NCBI RefSeq assembly: GCF_009914755.1
Contig: NC_060948.1
DNA from: the human T2T-CHM13v2.0 reference genome, Homo sapiens
DNA: 64,000 nt
Reading direction: 5' to 3' (one strand)
Below, one piece after another: positions 51,907-64,000 of the stretch. A program made the position numbers and the translations under genes. The notes under the pieces were generated by a model. That model was not told where the DNA came from. It did no database searches and was given only the letters and a program-made list of their open reading frames with translations. Every line of letters begins with the position of its first letter. Within the stretch, counting starts at the first letter, position 1.

Positions 51907-52170
51907 GCTGGGCGTGGTGGTTCACCTTTGAAATCTCATCACCTTGGTAGCATCAGGCCAGAATATCGCTTGAGACCAGGAGTTCGAGACTAGCTTGGGT
52001 ACAATGGGGAAACCTGTGTCTATTAAAGAAACACACAAAAAATTGCCTGCTAGCTCTGGTAGCAAGCGCCTGTAGCTGAGACGTGGGAGGATCACTTGAG
52101 ACTCGGTAGCGGAGGCTGCAGTGAGCAGTGTGCACTTTAGCAACAAGAAATTTACATCTCAAGAAAAAAA
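51907..52170 (+). mobile_element. AluJ-like
   Basis: Diverged dimer with a deletion in the right arm. Confidence 0.8.
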
Positions 52171-52436
52171 TACACAAAACATCACATTGTATAGTATAAA
52201 TATATAGTTTTCAAATGAAATTATTTAAATGGGGCATCCTGCGTTTTGCAGCTTAAGAAAATTACAATAGCTTTTCTCATCTCATTTTTACAAACAAGTT
52301 TTTGTCAGGTAAGTATTACAATGCAGTATTTGTCCATGAAGTCACTGCCCCTTTTGCTCTGCATGTTACAAATTTTACATATTTAAAGTAAGAAATACTA
52401 AAAATATGTCAGCCTCTGTAAGGGAATTTCACTTGA

Positions 52437-52667
<231 letters not shown>

Positions 52668-53080
52668 TAAATAATCTTTTTTTAGATGACACATTCTTTC
52701 ATAAACCTTGGGATATTGAAACAAATAAGTGATGTGAATACAAATATGAAGTAGATTATTGTTTGTGAAAAAGAAGATGTGCTACATTATCCTAGAATGT
52801 GTGATGGGTTAAGTTTTTTTAGGTGATTTTTTAATACTGGAAAACTTTTCAAGGAATTTGAATAATAGAATTTGTGTTTGATCCCTTAGTGGAAGGCATG
52901 TGCTCAGTAAATGTCTCAAATTTGGCATTGTGAAAGACATGGTCATTTCAGGAAAAAAAGAGATATATTTGGTTTGGGAGAAAACATCTAGAACTGAAAT
53001 ATAGTGGATGCAAAAACGTTTGTAAAATGTGTTTAGGTTAAATGTGACAATGTTATTGATAGGATACTTAATACTTTTAG

Positions 53081-53259
53081 TCTTTGGATGGAAAAGAAAT
53101 AAAAGTAGAACAAGTCAAGAAACTATCTTTTTCAAAATGATGGTAGGTGGAGATCAACAGCTTCTTGGAGAAAAAGGAGCCCTTCAGGAAGTCTGAGATC
53201 TGCAAGAGGAGGTAGTGGAGGAACAAGAGTGTTTCTTCCCTCATGTGAGGGACACTTGG
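53081..53259 (+). pseudogene. RBMY2: RBMY exon (end of RRM), +1 frameshift
   Basis: ttttAG|[17 protein letters not shown]. An extra T gives an immediate TGA; homology resumes as [28 protein letters not shown]|GT. Confidence 0.9.
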
Positions 53260-54625
53260 GTAATGTTTTCAAATACAAAGATGAAACCATAGGACTGAAA
53301 GACAGTAAGTTTGAAGATATCAAAATTTCTTAATTTTGTTTACTTCCTTTATGTACAGAAAATTAACTTACTGATAATGAGCAAAATTTTTTGTAAGTAC
53401 TAAAGATATATTATAAGAATGATTGAAATAATATGAAAATTTCATTTTAAAATCTTAATTTGCATTGAAATAACACATTTAAAAGAAAATTGAGTTTATT
53501 AATATTGATTGTCTGTACTCAACAAGTTTTCTGCAGAACTCATTTATTCATTATGCTTCAGAGTTTCTTATTTTGGGGCCAAGAACTTTATATAAAATGT
53601 ATTATCAAAATACGATGGAATCTTGAAAACCTTCCAACAGGAAATAAGAAGTCATTATTTTAGGATTGATCTTGCAATATTTGTTATTTGTGTATACACA
53701 TGGAAATATCTATACAAATGTATTCCTTTGCCATTTTGATAGGCATGATTTGCACATCGGCCTGCCATAAAGCATTTTGTATTTAAGAAATGTGTAACTT
53801 CAGTTTCTCAAAAGAGTCTGTGACTCAGGAAAAGTCTAAAAGCCACTGCTTCACAAATATGTTAGTATCTTTCTTTGCTGGAGGATGAGTCACTGAAAAT
53901 GGCATTTATGAAGGACTTACTCAATAGGAATGAGGGTCAATTTTTACTTAAAAATATTCATGTATTAAAAAAATTGGGTCAGTTGTATTATCTATTAACC
54001 AACCTTCAAAAATATAACATTTAATTTGAGTTTTAATAACCAGATGTGTAATTCATTGGATATGTTTTCTCAAGTTGAAATTGCAGTGTTTGCTCCATTT
54101 TAAGGTACATAGCTTCATGATTTTTTTTTCTCAATTGATTTTGAGGGTGAAGATTAATACTACTCTGCCATGATGAGAATATGCATTTTCTTACCTGTGA
54201 CACCACCAGGTCATTAGAATATATCTACATTTTTTGTAGGTATATGAAAATATTTTTTATTATTTAATATGCAGTTCTTAAAGATTATTAAAATTGAGCA
54301 TAGCCTAAGCTAAAAATTAATATTTCATAATGGATTTGTAAGAATTGAATGTTATGACACAAATTTTACAGATAATGTATTTTTCTGAGGTGTCATGTTT
54401 TGATTTTGTAAATATTTGAGTTCTTTAAATGGAATTTGGAGTACCCTTATGATATGTTTTGAAAAAACTTTCCTCATACCAGAATTATCTGAACAATAAT
54501 GTATAATTTTTCTCCTAATATATTTTTCTTTATCTAGATTGTGTTTATATGTTTAACTGATAGATTTTTGCCCTCTCTTCACTATGCATTTATCCCATAT
54601 CTCTCTCTCTCTCACACCAGTATAA

Positions 54626-55200
<575 letters not shown>

Positions 55201-55436
55201 ATTTTCTAGGTTTTCTAAACGAATTTTTATTGCTTGTATTGCACTAATTTGGTATAGAAATACTAAATTGTATTAGTTTAGACACATGAATTCGTAAGAT
55301 TATCATATTTAAGAAATATTTATAAACAACTAAAACTTAGCCATTTAAGACACAGTGATGTTACTTAACTAAAAAGTTGTTTTTTTTTTTGTTGTTTTTT
55401 TTTTGTTTTTTTTTTGTTTTTTTTTCGTAAACACAG

Positions 55437-55896
55437 AAGATGGTGGATACACTTTTGATCTCAACATGACTTCTTCTAGGGGGCCATTTCCATTTAAAAA
55501 AAGGTCCATGTTCAAGAAGTGGAGGTCCTCTTCCTAAAAAATCTGCTCCTTCTGGGCCGGCTGCGGTGGCTCACGCCTGTAATCCCAGCACTTTGCGAGG
55601 CCGAGGCGGGCAGATTACGAGGTCAGGAGATCGAGACCATCCTGGCTAACAGGGTAAAACCCCATCTCTACTAAAAATAAAAAAAAAATTAGCCAGGCAT
55701 GGTGGCAGGCACCTGTAGTTCTAGGTAGTCGGGAGGCTGAGGCAGGAGAATGGCATGAACACGGGAGGTGGAGTTTGCAGGGACCCGAGATTGCGCCACT
55801 GCACTCCAGCTTGGGCGACAGAGCGAGACTCCCTTTCAAAAAAAAAATCTGCTCCTTGTATTGTGGCCAGAAGCAATAGTGGGATGGGAGGCCAAG
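55437..55896 (+). pseudogene. RBMY2: RBMY exon interrupted by AluY
   Basis: acacAG|[15 protein letters not shown]...[13 protein letters not shown] [Alu] [11 protein letters not shown]|GT. An A7 run gives a further +1 shift. Confidence 0.9.
55555..55841 (+). mobile_element. AluY in an RBMY exon
   Basis: TSD aaaaaatctgctcctt at 55536-55551 and 55842-55857. Confidence 0.93.
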
Positions 55897-56296
55897 GTAA
55901 ATGCTATCTTATAGAAAGACAGTTGTTTTTGTATGACAAAAAAATGAGTTATTTTAACAGGATGCTTAACTTTTAGTTCAAGAAACAAAATAGTAGTGAC
56001 ATACACATGGGCATATTTACTAATTGATAGCTTTTATTGTAGTTTCCGTCTCACTAGGTTAATTTCACATTCATGATGAGGAAATACTTTAGCTTCTAAT
56101 TGTAAATCAAAGAAGTGATTACACTGAGGCAAACATTAGTTTTAATCCTGTGTTTGCCAGAGAATTCCTCTTAATTTTTCTTAAAGTTCCTGGCACTATA
56201 CTTTGATGGTTGGCTTCTTAATCTAATGAATTATTCCATTTCCTAGGTCCCTGGGTAGTGGTCCTCCAGTGGGTCAATCTAAAAATTGTTTGTTCA

Positions 56297-56594
56297 GTTT
56301 CTTTGTTGGGTTGGAGTCTTGTTCTCACCAGGTCAGAGTGTGTTGGTGAGATGATGGCTCACTACAGCCTCAAATTCCTGGGCTGAAGCAATTCTCCTGT
56401 TTCAGCCTCCTGCATTGCTGTACCTACAAGTGTGCACCACCACACATAGCTAAATTTGTTTTTCTTTTTTCTATACTTTTGTAGAGACAAGATCTCATTA
56501 CATTGTCGTAGCTGATATTAAAGCCCTGGGCTCAAGCTGTCCAGCTGCCTCAGCCTTCCACACTGGCTCATGGTGTGAGCCACTGCGCTTGGCC
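56297..56594 (-). mobile_element. AluJ-like (intronic)
   Basis: atgatggctcactacagcctcaaattcctgggc. Confidence 0.8.
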
Positions 56595-57892
56595 ATCCAG
56601 GTTCTAAGACCTCAATAATACTTATGTGCAAGGAATTCTTACTGGTTATGTGAGGATACTAAGAACTAAAAGAGCTTATTTTGCAAATAAGCAATCACTG
56701 GGCTTAAACAATATTTAATAATAAAATTAAGGCTTGAAAGATAGACTTGAAGGAGTCCAGCATTTTTAAGTTTAGTGCATACCACAAAAGTTCAGAGTTG
56801 TGAAATATATGGGGGTGTAAATTACTCATTAAGATTGTACAGGGATGTTGAAACCTTAACACAAGATCCTTAGTGTAGGATTTGAAATTATTTGAGAATT
56901 TAGTTCTAAGCAGCCTGAGGTGAACAGTAGGATTGAATAGAAGTAATGTTTTTGAGAAGAAGTGTAAGATTTCAGACTGAACAGAAGAAAGCAAGACAAT
57001 AATATAACAGTTCTTAGCAAAGAAATTTAAGGAGAACAAATTAAAATTCTTACCTAGCCCTCCTTCCTAATATGGAGGAAATTGAAAACTGCCATTTTCA
57101 ACATTTCGCATATAGAGTATCAGTGAAGTTAAATATTTATTGATATCAGAATACACAAGCCAGCACATTTCCATTAGAAGACTAGCCAGTGAACACATCA
57201 TAGGAGAAAGACTGACCTCTCTGAATTACCATGTGAAGAGTATGATAAAAGAGGAAGTTTTCTGTTTTTGAAAGAGGTACAATGTTGTAATGACCCCTTT
57301 AAGAGTATTGCTAACTGCAGTAAAAGTAAATATTGGCCATGATTAGAAGAGCTGTACTAGGACATTTTAATTTGTCAACATTTAAGATAGAGCCAATCAC
57401 TTAGAGATAAAGGAGCACTTTTATGTAAAAATTTAGTATGCAGTCGTTCAAAGGTAGCAGTATTTGTGTGTGTGAGATGGATTGAACAACATGGGAAAAT
57501 TTACCTTCTTCAGCTGAGAAAGGACAACATATGTAAACTTTATATTCAGTGAAGAGTTTGATGGTTTTACATGCTTTCCCTGAGTCAATAGTAATCATCA
57601 GTAATTCATATGAAAAGAAAAATAATAACTAACTAGTTATTAACAATTAAAAATGAACTTTTACCTAAGAATTAATGTCTGCCTTCAGCTTCGTTAGAAG
57701 AGCTGGCCTTGTGGAGGCATGGGATTATCCAAAGCCAGAAGAAATATTTAAGTGTCATGAATGTCTAGTAATTTAGGGAAAGAAGAATAGAGTCATACAA
57801 GAAATAATTTTAAAAAGTTGTTTTACAGAAGAAAAAACAGTGTTTCAGATTTTGTGTCCTTTACATAATATTTAATCATTTTAACATTAAAT

Positions 57893-58007
57893 ATCCCATG
57901 TCACTTGGATGAGAGAATTATGGAGGTCCTCCATGCAGAGAGCCAGTCTCTTCCTGAAGAAATGACCATGTGTCACCAAGAGATGAGGGTTATGCAACTA
58001 AGGATAG
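57893..58007 (+). pseudogene. RBMY2: RBMY exon with lost acceptor and two stops
   Basis: [35 protein letters not shown]|GT, 115 nt. The acceptor position reads AT instead of AG. Confidence 0.87.
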
Positions 58008-58059
58008 GTAAAGGAAAAATGGAAAAATAGTTGACTTTTGTGTGGTGATGAAATTCAAA

Positions 58060-58800
58060 TAACAAAATTAAACATTTAAAGGTAAATAGTTAAGTGGTGT
58101 TTAATGCATTCTGTGTGGTGCAACAACTACCACCACCTAGTTCCAAAACATTCTCATCACTCCAAACTACAGCTTCACTACCAGCTAAGCAGTTCATTTC
58201 ATTTTCTCCCTTCTGTCAGCCACTAGCAAACAACAATCTGTTTTCTGCCTCTGAACTTACTTTTTCTGGGCGTTTCATGTTAATGAGCTCAAACACTACA
58301 CGACTTTTTATATCTGTCTCCTTTCATTTTGCGTGATGCCATGAATGTTCATTTACATTGTAGCACTTCTTTCCTTACACAAGCTGCTAACCCATTATTT
58401 TATTTGGGTTGTTTCCACCACAGTATTTCTATATGCACATATTTGTTTGGGTACACTTATTCAATTCTCGGTATATATGAGTGGAATTTCTTGGTCCTAT
58501 AAAAATTGTGTTTATTTTCTTGAGGAAGCACCACATTTCTTCATACTACCTGCATCATTTTCCATTCCATCTAGAATTGTATCAGGGTTACAGATTATCT
58601 ACATCCTCTCAAACACTTGGTATTTCCTGCTTTTTAAAATTTATTTCCATTCCAGTTATGTGTGAAGTATGGTATCTCATTTTGGTTTTGAAATGCATTT
58701 TCTGAATAACTAATTATGATTATTTGTTCCATGTGCTTTTTGAGCATTTGCATATTTTATTTGGAGAAATATCTGTTCAGATGTTTGGCCTTTTATTTTG
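58060..58800 (-). mobile_element. L1MB-type 3' end (intronic)
   Basis: ctagttccaaaacattctcatcactccaaa, gtatggtatctcattttggttttg. Confidence 0.75.
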
Positions 58801-58874
58801 TTTAAGTTGTAAGTTATGTTTTGGATCCTAGAAGTTGATAATTTAAAATTTGTTGCTTTAACTTATGGAAGTAG

Positions 58875-58985
58875 AATTCATACAAGTTCCTGAGACACCA
58901 GGGATGATGCTCCACCACCTAAAGATTATGGATACCATGACTACGGTCGTTCTAGTTGGAGTGAACAATCCTCTGGAGGATATAG
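58875..58985 (+). pseudogene. RBMY2: RBMY SRGY-box exon (single copy)
   Basis: 111-nt AG/GT exon: [35 protein letters not shown]. Confidence 0.9.
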
Positions 58986-59066
58986 GTACTAAAATAATTT
59001 CTGGTTTTGTCAAAGAGATTTCTTAAGTTTTTCCTGCTGACATTAACAAACGTTTTTTAAATTTAA

Positions 59067-59155
59067 TGACCGTGATGGCTACCAAGGGGGCTGTGGTAGA
59101 GATCATTCTGAACATCCAAGTGGAAGTTCTTACAGAGATGCATATCAGAGTTATG
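59067..59155 (+). pseudogene. RBMY2: RBMY penultimate exon
   Basis: [29 protein letters not shown]|GTAAGT, 89 nt. The acceptor position reads AA instead of AG. Confidence 0.88.
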
Positions 59156-59578
59156 GTAAGTGTCTGGGTTTGATTTGTAAATTATAGTATTATATTTAAT
59201 AGATGAGATCATTGCTTTAATAAAATTTTAAGGAAGATCATAAAGGAAAAATATAGCATGTTTAAACACTGAGAACTGAGAATTGTTAACAGTATAATGC
59301 ATAGTGAACATGTAGATGAGAACTTCAGTTCATTTTCAGAAAATGTGACTTAACATCGTTTATTTTAAAATAAACTTTCTTATACTTCGAAATACTATTC
59401 TTATGCTTCTTTACAATAAAACCTTTTGACTGTTTCAGGCATAATAATATGCTCTCAATGAAGACAGGGGAAAGCAGATTTTTCCAAATAGTACTTTAAC
59501 TGAGACATGCATTAGTGATACCATTAAAAATGTTTAAATGTAGTTCATTATAAGTTCTATATTTTATCAACCTTGCAG

Positions 59579-60154
59579 GGACCTCTCATGGTGCACCACC
59601 TGCACGAGGGCCTCAGATGAGTTATGGTGGAAGTATTCACTATGATTATAACTGTACATGAGATGGATATGGCAGAAGTCAGCAGAGTTACTCACGGAGG
59701 TGGTGATGTGTATTCCTGTGATCATGGGCACAGTGGCAGAAAAGAGTGAAGGAATCACCGCATATTCTCACTCATAGGTGGGAATGGAACAATGAGAACA
59801 CATGGACACAGGAAGGGGAACATCACACTTTGGGGACTGTTGTGGGGTGGGGGGAGGGGGGAGGGGGGAGGGATAGCATTGGGAGATATACCTAATGCTA
59901 GATGATGAGTTAGTGGGTGCAGCACACCAGCATGGCACAGGTATACATATGTAACTAACCTGCACATTGTGCACATGTAACCTAAAACTTAAAGTATAAT
60001 AATAAAAAAAGAAAAAAAAGAGTAAAGGAATCTACCTTCTGTGGATAGGGTGCACCCTGCTCCTCATGAAGGATACGATAGCTCAAGTTATGGAGCACCT
60101 ACAGGAAGTGGTGGGGGAAGCCGATGTGAAAAAGGAGACTGAAGCAGATATTAA
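59579..60154 (+). pseudogene. RBMY2: RBMY last coding exon interrupted by an L1 3' end
   Basis: ttgcAG|[19 protein letters not shown]...RN [L1] LPSVDRVHPAPHEGYDSSSY...EKGD*SRY*, with the terminal TAA at 60152-60154. Confidence 0.9.
59757..60015 (+). mobile_element. 5'-truncated L1PA3/L1PA2-like 3' end in the last RBMY exon
   Basis: gggagatatacctaatgctagatgatgagttagtgggtgcagc, poly-A, 17-bp TSD aaaagagt(g/a)aaggaatc at 59740-59756 and 60016-60032. Confidence 0.93.
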
Positions 60155-60184
60155 AGGAGATATTAAAAATAATACTTACCGTGG

Positions 60185-60335
60185 TATTCAGCAGTCTGAG
60201 GCAGGAGAATTAATTGCTTGTACCCAGAAGGCAGAGATTGCAGTGAGCCAAGATCTCATCACTGTGCTCCAGTCTGGGAAACAAAGCAAAACTGTCTCAC
60301 AAAATAAAAACAAAGAAAGAAAAAAAATAAAGAAA
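60185..60335 (+). mobile_element. Alu right-arm fragment in the RBMY 3'UTR
   Basis: tgaggcaggagaat...gcagtgagccaagatc, with A-tail. Confidence 0.8.
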
Positions 60336-61206
60336 GATAATAGTTATTGCTTACCAAACCTTGCTTGCAAAGCAAAAATTAAAATATTATTTCTGCATCA
60401 TTACGTGAGTACCACTAAAACAAAATGTTGATTTTGGAGGGAGAGGTAGATCCTAACTTCCTCTATGAATTTTTTGGGTATTAAGATGAAAATGAATTTC
60501 TTTCAAAGTAATTTCATAATTGTTAATGCTATTTGAAAACTATCTGTTTAGATGATATGGGTGTATTAAAACGTTTAGAATAAAATTATACATATAATAG
60601 GTAATGCCTGATTTCATTGCTACACATGTTTAAAAGCAAATTTAATAGGAGACTAAATTGCGATGTTTGTTGAAAATTTTCTTTTGTAGCTTTGAATAAA
60701 ACTAAATACAAAAGTAGGCATAGGTTACGTCTCCCTTGCAAACTGCACACATTTTCTAATTAGGCTGTGTTTCTCTTTAAAAACTTACAAGCTTTAAAAG
60801 TTTTAGAAGTCTTCAGAAAGACTACAAAACTGTCTGTCTCACCATAAGATGTTTACAATTCAGAGGAATCATGTAGGTAAAAGGAAATAATTAGATATCA
60901 TTGATACTAAAGTTTAAGACATGCAGAACATTCTTCTTGAAGCATTCTGTGACTGAAAGGGGATAATGGTGATGAAAACATTTTTTTCCACCTAAACAAA
61001 AACTGAACCAGCTACGTTTCCTGAGTACATAGCTTAATGAAATTAAGTGTTCCTAATTTAAATAGTGGAAAATAAGTGTTTTTACACGGGAAGTACCCAT
61101 GTTAATGAATTCCTATAATATTTGGCAATGGTTGTTGCTAAGGAATGGTTTAGCAATAAGTTCTTACAAATAGAAATTATCTAGAAGGCTTGGGATTTTA
61201 TCAGAA

Positions 61207-61490
61207 TTTTTTTTTTAAGACAGATTCTAGCTTTGTCACCCAAGCTGTGGTGCAGTGGCTGGATCTTGGCTCACTGTGACCACTGCCTTCTGGGTTCAAG
61301 CTATTCTCCTGCCTCAGCATCCTGAGTTACTGGGTTTATAGGTGTGTGCCACCACAGTTGGCTAATTTTTTTGTATTTTTAGTACAGAGAGCATTTCACC
61401 ATGTTGGCCTGACTGGTCTTAAAAACCTGATTCACCCTCCTTGGCCTCCCAAAGTGCTAGGATTACAGGCATGAGCCACCAGGCTCAGAC
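61207..61490 (-). mobile_element. AluS
   Basis: Poly-T and dimer. Confidence 0.85.
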
Positions 61491-61989
61491 TATCAGATTT
61501 AAGTGAAGGTATGAATAGGAATGCTTTAAACCTCATGGTTTTTGGAAAGTGAAGTGTATAAAACATAAAACAACATCATAAAGTTTCAGACAAGTGATTG
61601 CTTAAAGGTTTAAGATATTTAAGATATCATCTAATGATAAAAATGAAAAGATTTGGACCCAAGTAAGTGAACCAATTAATTTTCCTGATCATACAACTTA
61701 AAGAAATGAAATATATGAAGATCCAGAATTTTACAGTCCATAATTCTTAAAATTTACAGCCTAATCTGTAAGGAGGATGTATTTTTATGAGAAAATTTTG
61801 ACAAGATCATAGTTTTTATAGCGTAAGGGTGCAAATAATTTTAAAGGGAGAAGTTACCAACTTTGATTTTCAAGTGAGTTATTTATGTTATGAAGTTGTG
61901 TTTTTATTCGCCTATAATGTAGGATTGTGAAAGGATACAACTCCCTAGTCTTGTGTATCTTTACAACAGCAACACAAGAAACAGTGTCT

Positions 61990-62282
61990 GTCCAGGTGTG
62001 ATGGCTCCAGTCTTATATCCCAGCATTTTGGGTGGCTGAGTGGGCATAGCACTTCAACTGAGGAGTTTGAAACCAGCCTGGGCAACATGGAGAAATCTTG
62101 TCTGTACAAAATAGACAAAACATTTACTGGATGTGGTAGTGCATCAGTGTAGTACCAGATTTTTGGGGGCTGAGGCGGATGATCGCTTGAGCCCATGACA
62201 TCCGGGTTTCGGTGAGCCTATTTGCTCCATTGCATTTCAGCCTGCATGACAAAGCAAGACCCTGTCCAAAAAAAAAAAAAAA
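61990..62282 (+). mobile_element. AluJ-like
   Basis: Diverged dimer with A-tail. Confidence 0.8.
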
Positions 62283-62557
62283 GGGGGGGGAAAAGGAAAA
62301 AGTATCTGTGATACTCTCTCCCTAGGATTTTTTAACCCAAATTATCTCCATGAGGCATTCTGTCATAATGATTAAAAGGTAGGGGAAACAGAAGAGTAAC
62401 CTGTAACATACCATTTATCAACCTTGTAACAGGGATTCTGTTTCAGCAGGTTAGAGTAAATGGAGAAAAATCATTAAATAACAAAAGCTAAAGCCTTATT
62501 GCATCATTTTTCATAGGAACATAATGCTTATGAATGAATAATAGGATAATTTTTTTA

Positions 62558-63170
<613 letters not shown>

Positions 63171-63654
63171 CAGGAAGCCAAGTGACACTTCCACATGTTG
63201 AGCTTAAGGATGGTGGTGTGAGGTGGCAGTGATGATGTAATGAATTCTTTGGTTTGCAGTGTTTAACGCCTCCAGTGTTGGCATCAGGTATTAAAGGCAT
63301 GAAGATGATTTTTTAATTATTCAAATGTAGTCATCCACCTTCAGCTTACAAGGTTTGGGGACAACTGGGCAGTTTTACTTTTCAGTGATGCTAAATCATG
63401 AAAGGGGGATACAGTGTTGAAATTTTAGTTTGGAGAGTTGTAGCTATATATTGGATAAAATCAGAATTGAAATTGTAGACTAATAAAATATGTAAGACAA
63501 CTCACATGAGTGTGTTTTAGTTTTCCATTGAAACAAAATTCTCTCTGCAGTTACTTCTCTTAACTCTTGTTCACAAAATAAGTTTGGTCTGACTAGATTT
63601 GTCCTCATTTTTTACCTAAGTGCAGTAAGAATTGTCATTGACCACAAAGACATA

Positions 63655-63750
63655 CGTATATACATATTTTATTATATATTTTATATATATTATATAATAT
63701 CTTATATCTTATATATTTTATTATATATAATTTATATATATATATATATA
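63655..63750. repeat. TA-rich simple repeat
   Basis: Directly visible. Confidence 0.85.
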
Positions 63751-63751
63751 A

Positions 63752-64000
63752 TTTTTTTAATTACAGACAGTGTCCAGCTCACTGCAATCTCCACCTTGTG
63801 GTCTGAAGTGATCCTCCAACCTCAGCCTCCTGAGTAGCTGAGACCATAGGCACAAACCGTTATGCTTGGCTAATTCTGTATGTTGTTTGTTTGTTTGTCT
63901 GTTTGTTTGATTTTGGAGATAGGGTTTTACCATGTTGCGCAGGCTAGTCTTGAACTTCTGGGCTGAAGTGGTTCTCCCACCTCTGCCTCTGAATTTGCTG
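63752..64000 (-). mobile_element. AluJ-like, running off the window
   Basis: aagtgatcctccaacctcagcctcctgagtagctg. Confidence 0.8.

Noticed and set aside
59757-60015. L1HS-Ta insertion
   Set aside because: It has GAG rather than ACA, cacattgtg and aaacttaaagt, matching older L1PA2/3.
60066-60431. 121-aa ORF at the end of RBMY
   Set aside because: It starts out of frame in the last RBMY exon and runs into an Alu fragment. No support as a protein.

Overview
Primate (very likely human) genomic DNA that is mostly interspersed repeats: many Alus (including a young AluYa5), layered L1 fragments, three MaLR (MST/THE1-type) proviruses, solo LTR9, LTR10-type and LTR12 elements, a truncated MLT2/HERV-L provirus, an ERV1 pol/env remnant with its LTR, and MER1B and MER2 DNA transposons. 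The only host-gene-derived feature is an intron-containing RBMY pseudogene on the + strand (about 52.5-60.2 kb). It has a single SRGY box (RBMY2-type), which points to the Y chromosome (inference). It is inactivated several times over: the RNP1 exon is missing, there are frameshifts and stops, splice sites are altered, and an AluY and an L1PA3-like element sit inside exons. I see no intact protein-coding gene, RNA gene or CRISPR array, and I cannot support a new biological system here. The most interesting observations are repair and rearrangement scars (a locally templated inverted insertion, an in-place L1 inversion, an LTR fragment inside gag) and a CpG-rich, promoter-like MER1B just upstream of the first RBMY coding exon. 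Repeat subfamily names come from recalled consensus sequences, not a database search, and boundaries of old elements are approximate.
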